NCBI GenBank assembly: GCA_964630485.1
Contig: CAZVUZ010000001.1
Span: 3,472-67,471 of the forward strand
Reading direction: 5' to 3'
DNA from: an uncultured Ignavibacteriales bacterium
Lineage (GTDB): Bacteria > Zixibacteria > MSB-5A5 > GN15 > FEB-12
DNA length: 64,000 bases
In this document: positions 1 through 7,441 of the stretch, one piece after another
How the letters are laid out: each line of letters starts with the position of its first letter
Numbering within the stretch: the first letter of the stretch is position 1
Program-made: the position numbers and the translations under genes
The notes under the pieces: generated by a model
What the model saw: the letters and a program-made list of their open reading frames with translations, nothing else
Told to the model about the DNA's origin: nothing
Databases searched by the model: none

Positions 1-2
1 GT

Positions 3-122
3 TCCTTGATGGCCCGCTCAGCTATTTTACCGGGCTTCTTTACAACCTGCTTTATTCGCTTTCCGGTTTTGTACGATCCGCAGACCGTAAATCGTTTGCT
101 TAAAGAGAGACTGGACAGGTAA
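3..122 (+). CDS. 3' end of an unidentified CDS entering from the left window edge
   Basis: Frame is open from base 3 to TAA at 120-122 (...LLKERLDR*), just before purN. Too short to assign a family. Confidence 0.25.
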   Translation, partial: SLMARSAILPGFFTTCFIRFPVLYDPQTVNRLLKERLDR

Positions 123-127
123 GATTC

Positions 128-736
128 ATGGAAGAACACAGGGCTCGTGTGGCGGTATTTCTATCCGGCGGCGGCAGTAATCTGCAATCGCTGATCGATG
201 CCTCGAAAACCGGTATTCTCGCCGCCGACATCGCCCTGGTGGTGTCGAGTCGCCGGGATGCCTACGGCCTCCAAAGGGCCGCCAAAGAGGGCATCGAGTC
301 CTTCGTTTTCAAACCGAAAAAGTATCCCTCGCCGGAAGAGGCCGGCCGGGACCTGATGCAGAGGCTGACCGACCGCGGTATTGACTATATTGCCCTGGCG
401 GGCTATTTGAGACTTCTGCCGAAGCAGGTCGTGCAGGCCTTTCACAACCGTATTGTTAATATCCACCCCGCCCTTTTGCCCAAATACGGCGGCAAGGGGA
501 TGTACGGGCACTTTGTCCACGAAGCCGTTCTCGCCGCCGGTGATAAAGAATCGGGGCCGACCGTGCACCTCGTTGACGAGATCTACGACAATGGCAGGAT
601 CCTTGAGCAGTTCAGGGTCCCGGTCGAGCCCGACGACACCCCTGACACTCTCGCCGAGCGGGTGTTAAAACAGGAACATAAACTCTACCCCAGAGTTTTG
701 CACAAGCTAATCAGAGGAGGCTACGCCCTTGACTGA
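128..736 (+). CDS. purN: Phosphoribosylglycinamide formyltransferase
   Basis: 202 aa. VAVFLSGGGSNLQSLID and NIHPALLPKYGG motifs are typical of GAR transformylase. Followed by purC and purH. Confidence 0.9.
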   Translation: MEEHRARVAVFLSGGGSNLQSLIDASKTGILAADIALVVSSRRDAYGLQRAAKEGIESFVFKPKKYPSPEEAGRDLMQRLTDRGIDYIALAGYLRLLPKQVVQAFHNRIVNIHPALLPKYGGKGMYGHFVHEAVLAAGDKESGPTVHLVDEIYDNGRILEQFRVPVEPDDTPDTLAERVLKQEHKLYPRVLHKLIRGGYALD

Positions 737-749
737 GAAAAAAGTTGTA

Positions 750-1631
750 ATGACTACTGACATCAAGGAATACCCGGTGTTGGTTCGCGGCAAGGTGCGC
801 GATGTTTATGACATGGGCGACACCCTGCTGTTTGTGACGAGCGACCGTATGTCGGCCTTCGACGTCGTCCTGCCCAACGGCATCCCCGGCAAGGGTCAGG
901 TCCTCACGGCCATGTCGCTGTTCTGGTTCGACTTTCTGAAGGACACCGTCGACAATCATTTGATAACGGCTGATGTCGACGAATACCCCGAGCCACTCAA
1001 GAAATACCGCGATATTCTCGAGGGCCGGTCGATGATCGTTACCAAGGCCGAGCGCATCGACGCCGAGTGCATCGTGCGCGGCTATATCTCGGGTTCGATG
1101 TGGAAGGAACTCGGCCAGGCCCGCGGGCGCGGCTCGAATGTTGTCCACGGTTTCGAGTTCTCGCCCGATTTGCAGGAATCGGAAAAGCTCCCCGAGCCTT
1201 TGTTCACGCCTTCGACCAAGAACGACAGCGGCCATGACGAGAATGTCAGTTACCGCGAGTTGATCAAAATCATCGGCGAGGAGACAGCTAGTCTATGCGC
1301 CGAGAAGTCGCTGGAGATCTACGAGAAAGCGGCCGACTTCGCCGCCACCAAGGGCATTATCATTGCCGACACCAAATTCGAATTCGGCTATAAGGACGGT
1401 CGCTTCATTCTGATCGACGAGGTCCTCTCGCCCGACTCGAGCCGTTTCTGGCCCATGGACAGCTATGTCGTCGGAAAAGGTCAACCATCGTTTGACAAAC
1501 AGCCGGTAAGGGATTATCTACACGGACTCGACTGGGATAAGAAGCCGCCGGGACCGAAACTTCCGGATGAAGTTGTCGAGGCGACCTCGGCCCGGTACCG
1601 CGAAGCACAGAGACTCTTGACGGGAAAGTGA
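750..1631 (+). CDS. purC: Phosphoribosylaminoimidazole-succinocarboxamide (SAICAR) synthase
   Basis: GKVRDVYD and TSDRMSAFD motifs. In-frame ATG at 750 lies after the purN stop and is preferred to TTG at 729, which overlaps purN. Confidence 0.88.
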   Translation: MTTDIKEYPVLVRGKVRDVYDMGDTLLFVTSDRMSAFDVVLPNGIPGKGQVLTAMSLFWFDFLKDTVDNHLITADVDEYPEPLKKYRDILEGRSMIVTKAERIDAECIVRGYISGSMWKELGQARGRGSNVVHGFEFSPDLQESEKLPEPLFTPSTKNDSGHDENVSYRELIKIIGEETASLCAEKSLEIYEKAADFAATKGIIIADTKFEFGYKDGRFILIDEVLSPDSSRFWPMDSYVVGKGQPSFDKQPVRDYLHGLDWDKKPPGPKLPDEVVEATSARYREAQRLLTGK

Positions 1632-1635
1632 ACAA

Positions 1636-3207
1636 ATGGCTGAGTTGACAAAGATAAAGAGAGCCCTCATTTCGGTTTCGGATAAATCCGGGATAGAGGA
1701 ACTTGCCCAGGCCCTTGACGGCATGGGCGTCCAGATAATCTCCACCGGGGGGACTCTGAAGAAACTCAAGGAGGCCGGCGTGCCGGCCATATCGGTATCG
1801 ACCTTCACGGGCGACCCGGAGATCCTTGACGGCCGGGTCAAGACCCTGCATCCGAAGATTTACGCCGGTTTGCTCTATCGGCGCGACAACCCGGATGACG
1901 TGGAATTGCTGAGCAAACTCGACTACCGGTCGCTCGACCTGGTCGTGGTCAACCTGTATCCCTTCCGCGAAACCGTCGCCCGTCCCGATGCGAGCGAGGC
2001 GGAGATTATCGAGAATATCGATATCGGGGGGCCGTCGATGATCCGGGCCTCGGCCAAGAACTACGCCAGCGTGACGGTGGTGGTCGATCCGTCCGATTAT
2101 GGCAGGCTCCTAGAGCAGTTGCAGGAACACGAAGGCGCCACCGATGCGGCCTTCAGAAAAGACTGCGCGCTCAAGGCTTTTTCGGCCACGGCGTCCTATG
2201 ACAGCGCTATCAGCACTTACTTCGCCGGTGGGGGGGATGACGAGGGCGGGACCTTCCCGGGCCGTTTGAACCTGGACTATTCCTTCAAATCGGAATTGCG
2301 ATACGGCGAAAACCCACATCAGCAGGCGGCGATTTACGGCCGCGACGAATACCCCGGGGCGAGCCTTCTCAGGGCCGAGATCCTGTCCGGAAAGGAACTT
2401 TCCTACAACAACTATGGTGACCTTGATGCCACCCTGGACATGCTCCTCGATTTCAAAGAACCCTTCGCCTGCGTTTTGAAACATGCCAATCCCTGCGGGG
2501 CGGCGGTGGGGAAGACCCTCGCTGAGGCCTACAAGCTTGCCTACGAGAGCGATCCCCTGTCGGCCTTCGGGTCGATTATCGGCTTGAACAAAGAGGTGGA
2601 TATGGAAACGGCCGAACTCCTGCATGAGACCCCGTTTGTCGAGTGCATGGTGGCGCCGTCATTCACCCCCGAGGCCTTCAAGCTCCTCAAGCGCAAGAAA
2701 GCCCGGCGTTTGCTGGCTTTACCGGGAATTCTCAAGGGTTTCCTGGCCAACGATGTCGTTTACCGCGCGATTCGCGGCGGCATGCTGATGCAGACCGCTG
2801 ACGATATCGAACTCGATCCGTCAACCTTGAAGGTTGTTACCAAACGTGAGCCGACCGAGGACGAACTGAAGTCCCTCCTGTTTGGCTGGAAGATCGTTAA
2901 ACACACGAAATCCAATGCCATCGTCCTGACCAAGGGCGGCGCCACGGTGGGGGTCGGCATGGGGCAGACCTCGCGGGTAGATTCCGGTTTCATGGCGGTC
3001 AAACGGGCCGGCGATCGCGCCAAAGGCGCGGTGATGGCCTCCGATGCCTTCTTCCCGATGCCCGACGGTGTCGAGGTGGCCACCGATGCCGGTGTGACGG
3101 CGATAATTCAGCCGGGTGGCTCCAAAGGTGATGAACAGGCGATTGAAGCCGCCGACAAAGCCGGCGCGGCCATGGTCTTTACGGGCGTCCGCCACTTCAA
3201 ACACTGA
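1636..3207 (+). CDS. purH: Bifunctional AICAR transformylase / IMP cyclohydrolase
   Basis: 523 aa. MGS-like N-domain (ALISVSDKSGI), NLYPF, GGPSMIRASAKN, and a GVRHFKH C-terminus characteristic of PurH. Confidence 0.95.
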   Translation: MAELTKIKRALISVSDKSGIEELAQALDGMGVQIISTGGTLKKLKEAGVPAISVSTFTGDPEILDGRVKTLHPKIYAGLLYRRDNPDDVELLSKLDYRSLDLVVVNLYPFRETVARPDASEAEIIENIDIGGPSMIRASAKNYASVTVVVDPSDYGRLLEQLQEHEGATDAAFRKDCALKAFSATASYDSAISTYFAGGGDDEGGTFPGRLNLDYSFKSELRYGENPHQQAAIYGRDEYPGASLLRAEILSGKELSYNNYGDLDATLDMLLDFKEPFACVLKHANPCGAAVGKTLAEAYKLAYESDPLSAFGSIIGLNKEVDMETAELLHETPFVECMVAPSFTPEAFKLLKRKKARRLLALPGILKGFLANDVVYRAIRGGMLMQTADDIELDPSTLKVVTKREPTEDELKSLLFGWKIVKHTKSNAIVLTKGGATVGVGMGQTSRVDSGFMAVKRAGDRAKGAVMASDAFFPMPDGVEVATDAGVTAIIQPGGSKGDEQAIEAADKAGAAMVFTGVRHFKH

Positions 3208-3229
3208 TATCGAATTTCATTTGTTCTGA

Positions 3230-3259
3230 CCGCCGGGTGTTATTCCCGGCGGTTTTTTT
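3230..3259 (+). terminator. Rho-independent terminator after purH
   Basis: Perfect 8-bp GC stem ccgccggg / cccggcgg with a 7-nt loop, followed by seven T. Confidence 0.7.
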
Positions 3260-3329
3260 GTGCTTACGGGAAGACTGATGTCGATCGATTTCAACTTGCC
3301 CCGGCGCAAGTTTCGACGTAAAGTCTTCC

Positions 3330-4004
3330 ATGACCAACGATCAACTCCTGAGGGCCTGCTATCTTTGCCGCCAACTTGATGACAAAGAAATGGCGTCCCT
3401 GGCGGCCATCGCTTCGTTTCGCAAAGCGCGCAAGGGCGAGGTAATGTTCATCGAGGGCGATACTGCGGTGGGGTTCTATGTCCTGCTCACGGGACGGGTG
3501 CGGATTTACAAGGCCTCCCCGGAAGGCAAGGAATACACCCTGCACCAGATCGCCCCCGGTCAGATGTTCGCCGAAGCGGCTATTTTCAGGGGGACGACCT
3601 ATCCCGCCAACGGCGCCGCCATGGCCGATTCGACGGTGGCCTTTTTCCCCAAGGACAGGTTCGTGGATTTGCTGGCCCGCTCCCCGCAAATGTCGCTGAA
3701 GATGATCGGGGCCCTGTCGGCATTTATCCGGGAGTTCAACGAGAAAGTCGAAGACCTTTCGCTCAAGGAGGTCCCGGCTCGCCTCGCCGCCTACTTGCTG
3801 AAACTCTCGCGAAAAAAAGGGCGCACTTTTCAACTCGACATAACCAAAACCGAGTTGGCTCATTCGCTCGGTACAATCAGCGCTACCCTTTCGCGTAACC
3901 TTAAGAAATTGAGTGACATCGGGGCCATAGAGGTCACCGGCAAGAATATTACCATCCTCGATGCCAAGCTTCTCGAATCCGTTCATGACGGCGAAAAAAT
4001 CTAA
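3330..4004 (+). CDS. Crp/Fnr family transcriptional regulator
   Basis: 224 aa. cNMP-binding-type beta-roll (GEVMFIEGDTAVGFYVLLTGRVRIYK) and a C-terminal HTH (TKTELAHSLGTISATLSRNLKKL). Confidence 0.85.
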   Translation: MTNDQLLRACYLCRQLDDKEMASLAAIASFRKARKGEVMFIEGDTAVGFYVLLTGRVRIYKASPEGKEYTLHQIAPGQMFAEAAIFRGTTYPANGAAMADSTVAFFPKDRFVDLLARSPQMSLKMIGALSAFIREFNEKVEDLSLKEVPARLAAYLLKLSRKKGRTFQLDITKTELAHSLGTISATLSRNLKKLSDIGAIEVTGKNITILDAKLLESVHDGEKI

Positions 4005-4010
4005 CTCCAT

Positions 4011-4024
4011 TTGACTTAAATCAA
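4011..4024. promoter_or_regulatory. FNR/CRP-family binding site candidate (TTGAC-N4-ATCAA)
   Basis: ttgacttaaatcaa matches 9 of 10 half-site positions of the FNR consensus TTGAT-N4-ATCAA. It lies between the regulator stop (4002-4004) and the ferredoxin gene. Confidence 0.5.
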
Positions 4025-4096
4025 AGCCTGATTGCGTCCAGTTTCCGATCTTGGGGACAGGCAATCAAGACGATGACCTCAAAAAAGGAATCACTC

Positions 4097-4846
4097 ATGG
4101 CGGTCAGGAAGATAATCAAGATAGATGAAGAAAAGTGCGACGGCTGCGGCCTGTGCGTTCCGTCCTGTGCCGAGGGCGCTATTCAGATAATCGACGGCAA
4201 GGCCCGCCTGGTGAGCGAAACCTATTGTGATGGCCTGGGGTCATGTCTTGGGGAGTGTCCCCAGGGTGCGATTAGCATGGAGGAGCGGGAAGCTCCGGAG
4301 TATGACGAGACGGCGGTCGAGAAACATCTGGCCGCGCCAAAAGCCGTGCCGATGCCGCTTCAATCGATCCCGGCCGCCTGTCCCGGTTCGGCCATGAAAC
4401 GCTTTAGCCCGCCCACCGGCCCGCCGCAACCGGGTGCGCCGGTGCCGGGACAGTCGCAACTGGGGCACTGGCCGGTACAGCTAATGCTGGTGCCGCCGTC
4501 GGCGCCGTTTCTCAAACAGGCCGATCTCCTGATCTGCGCCGACTGCGTTCCCTTTGCCGTCCACGACTTCCACAGCCGTTTCCTCAGCGGCAAAGCGGTG
4601 GTGGTCGGTTGTCCCAAGCTCGACAATCTCGAACACTACTTTGAAAAACTGAAGCAGATGTTTGGAGAGGCCGCCCCGAAGAGCCTTACCGTGCTGAAAA
4701 TGGAAGTACCCTGCTGTTCGGGTATCGCCCAGGCCGCGATTCAGGCCCGCAACGAAGTGATTCCCGGCACGCCGATCGAGGTTCATACCATAGGCGTCCG
4801 AGGTGAAATCGAAACCCGGAAAGTTCCGGCCGGCAATGCCGCCTGA
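4097..4846 (+). CDS. Ferredoxin-like 2x[4Fe-4S] protein with an extra Cys-rich C-terminal domain (FrdX-like)
   Basis: CDGCGLCVPSCAEGAI and CDGLGSCLGECPQGAI cluster motifs, then a C-terminal domain with CADCVPF, VGCPKLD and VPCCSG. ATG at 4097 has an AAGGA RBS; the alternative start is 4073. Confidence 0.75.
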   Translation: MAVRKIIKIDEEKCDGCGLCVPSCAEGAIQIIDGKARLVSETYCDGLGSCLGECPQGAISMEEREAPEYDETAVEKHLAAPKAVPMPLQSIPAACPGSAMKRFSPPTGPPQPGAPVPGQSQLGHWPVQLMLVPPSAPFLKQADLLICADCVPFAVHDFHSRFLSGKAVVVGCPKLDNLEHYFEKLKQMFGEAAPKSLTVLKMEVPCCSGIAQAAIQARNEVIPGTPIEVHTIGVRGEIETRKVPAGNAA

Positions 4847-4859
4847 GGAGCGATCCGCA

Positions 4860-6032
4860 ATGCGAGTTGCCGGCAAAGTGACGCAGGAATGTTCGAAAGT
4901 ACGTGAAAAAGGGGGCAATGCCCCTCTCCGGCGGGATACCTCGCGCCCGATTCAGCGTTATCGGCTGTCGATACAGATAGCCTTTGCGGCCCTGTGCCTG
5001 TGGATCGGGGTTGAGTTTTATCTGTTCGTGAAATATCTTGAGACAGCCGGTGTCGCGGGGGCCGCCTATCGTCCCCCGGGCGTGGAAGGGTTCCTTCCGA
5101 TCAGCTCGCTGATGAGCCTGTACTATTTCTTCCAGACGGGCATTGTCCATGCGGCACACCCGGCGGGCCTGTTTATCCTGCTGGCCATTTTGGTGGTCTC
5201 GTTCGTATTCGGGAAATCGTTTTGCTCCTGGCTTTGTCCGGTAGGGACGTTGTCGGAGTTTCTGGGTGATTTCGGACAGCGGCTCTTTGGCCGGCGACTG
5301 CGCCTGCCGCGGTTCCTTGACTATCCCTTGAGGAGTTTGAAATACTTGCTTCTCGCTTTCTTCGTTTACGCCATTTTCTTCGCCATGAGCAGCGCCGCCC
5401 TGGGGGCATTTCTCGACAGTTCCTACAATGTTGTGGCCGATGTGAAGATGTACTACTTTTTTGCCGACATCTCCCGTTTCGCGCTGGTAGTCGTCGGGGT
5501 GCTCTTCTTCCTCTCGATTGTCATCAGGAATTTCTGGTGCCGGTATTTGTGTCCCTATGGCGCCTTTCTGGGGGTGGTCTCGCTTTTGAGCCCGCTCAAG
5601 ATTAAACGCAATCCGCAATCCTGCATCGACTGTGGCAAATGCGCCCGCGCGTGCCCGTCACTTATCAAAGTAGATAAGGTCAATACGGTCCTCTCCGACG
5701 AATGCACGACCTGTATGAATTGTGTTGACGTGTGCCCGGTCAAGGAGACCCTCGACCTGGCGCCGGTCGGCGGGCGGAAGAGAATTCCGCGCAAAGTTGT
5801 TGCTATCGGAGTGGTGGTTCTGTTTGTTGCTGTTACAGGATTGGGAGTTGTGACCGGCAACTGGGCCAATGACATTTCCACCGACGAGTATTTGCACCAT
5901 CAGGAACGACTGCATCTTTACGGCCATCCCACCGGTACGCGGGAAATCGATGAATTGAACCGCGAAGTTCGTAAGGGGCGTTCCGAGGCGGGGCCGTCGG
6001 AGGCGTCGGAGGTAAGTCCGGATCAAAGATAG
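4860..6032 (+). CDS. NapH/MauN-type membrane polyferredoxin (putative quinol-interacting Fe-S protein)
   Basis: Multiple TM helices with CSWLCPVG and CRYLCPYG motifs, followed by CIDCGKCARACP and CTTCMNCVDVCP 4Fe-4S motifs. ATG at 4860 is preceded by a GAGGAG RBS; the ORF is open from 4803. Confidence 0.8.
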   Translation: MRVAGKVTQECSKVREKGGNAPLRRDTSRPIQRYRLSIQIAFAALCLWIGVEFYLFVKYLETAGVAGAAYRPPGVEGFLPISSLMSLYYFFQTGIVHAAHPAGLFILLAILVVSFVFGKSFCSWLCPVGTLSEFLGDFGQRLFGRRLRLPRFLDYPLRSLKYLLLAFFVYAIFFAMSSAALGAFLDSSYNVVADVKMYYFFADISRFALVVVGVLFFLSIVIRNFWCRYLCPYGAFLGVVSLLSPLKIKRNPQSCIDCGKCARACPSLIKVDKVNTVLSDECTTCMNCVDVCPVKETLDLAPVGGRKRIPRKVVAIGVVVLFVAVTGLGVVTGNWANDISTDEYLHHQERLHLYGHPTGTREIDELNREVRKGRSEAGPSEASEVSPDQR

Positions 6033-6100
6033 TTAAAGCCGCACTTAAATCGGAATTAAGCATCGCGCGGGAGAACCCGCCAAACGATAGGGCGAGGTAT

Positions 6101-7432
6101 ATGGGTTATCTTCTAAAACTTATGATCGTGATTTTGCTGGCATTGCCGCTGGCAACCGCCGGGGCCGCGGTCGATGACAATGTCTCAGGCAAGTGCATGA
6201 CCTGCCACAAAGAGAGGTCACCGGGACTTTACAAGCAATGGTTCAAATCCCAGCACGCCATCCACAAGGTGACATGCATCGGGTGCCACGGCGCCGAGCG
6301 CGGGGAGGCCGATGCTTTCCTGCACGAAGGGGCGTACATTGCCACGCTGGTAACACCGAAGGATTGCGGCCAATGCCATGCCCGCGAGGCCGAGCAGGTG
6401 GAGGCCTCCTATCATGCCCATGCCGGGGAGATCCTTGAATCGGCCGATGCTTACCTGGCCCATGTCGCCGGCGGCGAGCCGGTGGCCATCCTGGGTTGCG
6501 AGAGTTGCCACGGCGGCAAGGTGATTATCGATGAGTCCTCGCCCAACAAGCTCTCGCGGAAAAGCTGGCCCAACTCGGGCATCGGGCGGCTTAATCCCGA
6601 TGGGTCCAAAGGGTCCTGCAATGCCTGTCACACCCGCCATTCATTCTCGAAAGCCCAGGCGCGACAACCGGAGGCCTGCTCCAAGTGTCACCTTGGTCCG
6701 GACCACCCGCAAAAGGAAATCTACGAGGAGTCCAAGCACGGCAACGCCTATTACACTCATCTCAACGACATGAACATCGATTCCGACCGCTGGGTGGTGG
6801 GGGAGGATTATTTCGAGGCTCCCACCTGCGCCACCTGTCACATGTCGGCGACCCGGACTATGTCTGTCACTCACGATGTCGGCGATCGCATAAGCTGGAC
6901 GTTGCGTCCCAAGGTCTCCAAACACAAGGACAACTGGCAGGCCAAACGGGCCAATATGATGAACGTTTGCGCCGCCTGTCACAGTTCCACCTTCCCGGAG
7001 GGGCATTATTACCAGTTTGACGCCGTCGTCGAGCTCTATAATGAAAAATTTGCCAAACCTGCCGGCGAGATAATGAAAATCGTCACGGACAACAAGCTCC
7101 TGGAGAACCCGGCTTCGTTCAGTAACAAGATCGAATGGACCTACTGGGAGTTGTGGCATCACGAGGGCCGCCGTGTGAGGCATGGCGCCGCCATGATGGG
7201 CCCGGACTACACCTGGTGGCACGGCATGTATGAGGTCGCCCAGCACTTCTATTTCAAGTTGCTTCCCGAGGCCCGCGAGTTCAAGAACCCCGAACTCGAT
7301 GCCTACCTGGACAACCTGATCGAGAACGATCCCATGCATTCGTGGTTGCATACCGCCACGGCCGATCTCAAGAAGGGTATCCGCTCGGGCGAAATGAAGG
7401 AGATATACGAGAAGCTGTTCGAAAAGAAATAG
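6101..7432 (+). CDS. Secreted octahaem cytochrome c, hydroxylamine oxidoreductase (HAO) family-like
   Basis: Signal peptide (LLALPLATAGAA) and exactly eight CxxCH motifs: CMTCH, CIGCH, CGQCH, CESCH, CNACH, CSKCH, CATCH, CAACH. The helical C-terminal region WELWHHEGRRVRHGAAMMGPDYTWWHG recalls HAO-type proteins. Confidence 0.8.
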   Translation: MGYLLKLMIVILLALPLATAGAAVDDNVSGKCMTCHKERSPGLYKQWFKSQHAIHKVTCIGCHGAERGEADAFLHEGAYIATLVTPKDCGQCHAREAEQVEASYHAHAGEILESADAYLAHVAGGEPVAILGCESCHGGKVIIDESSPNKLSRKSWPNSGIGRLNPDGSKGSCNACHTRHSFSKAQARQPEACSKCHLGPDHPQKEIYEESKHGNAYYTHLNDMNIDSDRWVVGEDYFEAPTCATCHMSATRTMSVTHDVGDRISWTLRPKVSKHKDNWQAKRANMMNVCAACHSSTFPEGHYYQFDAVVELYNEKFAKPAGEIMKIVTDNKLLENPASFSNKIEWTYWELWHHEGRRVRHGAAMMGPDYTWWHGMYEVAQHFYFKLLPEAREFKNPELDAYLDNLIENDPMHSWLHTATADLKKGIRSGEMKEIYEKLFEKK

Positions 7433-7441
7433 GGGTGGATT

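Noticed and set aside
3270-3295. The palindrome tcgatcga and flanking TGAT...TTCA upstream of the Crp/Fnr gene, as an autoregulatory FNR site.
   Set aside because: The half-site spacing does not fit TGA-N6-TCA, and the short 8-bp palindrome is likely fortuitous.
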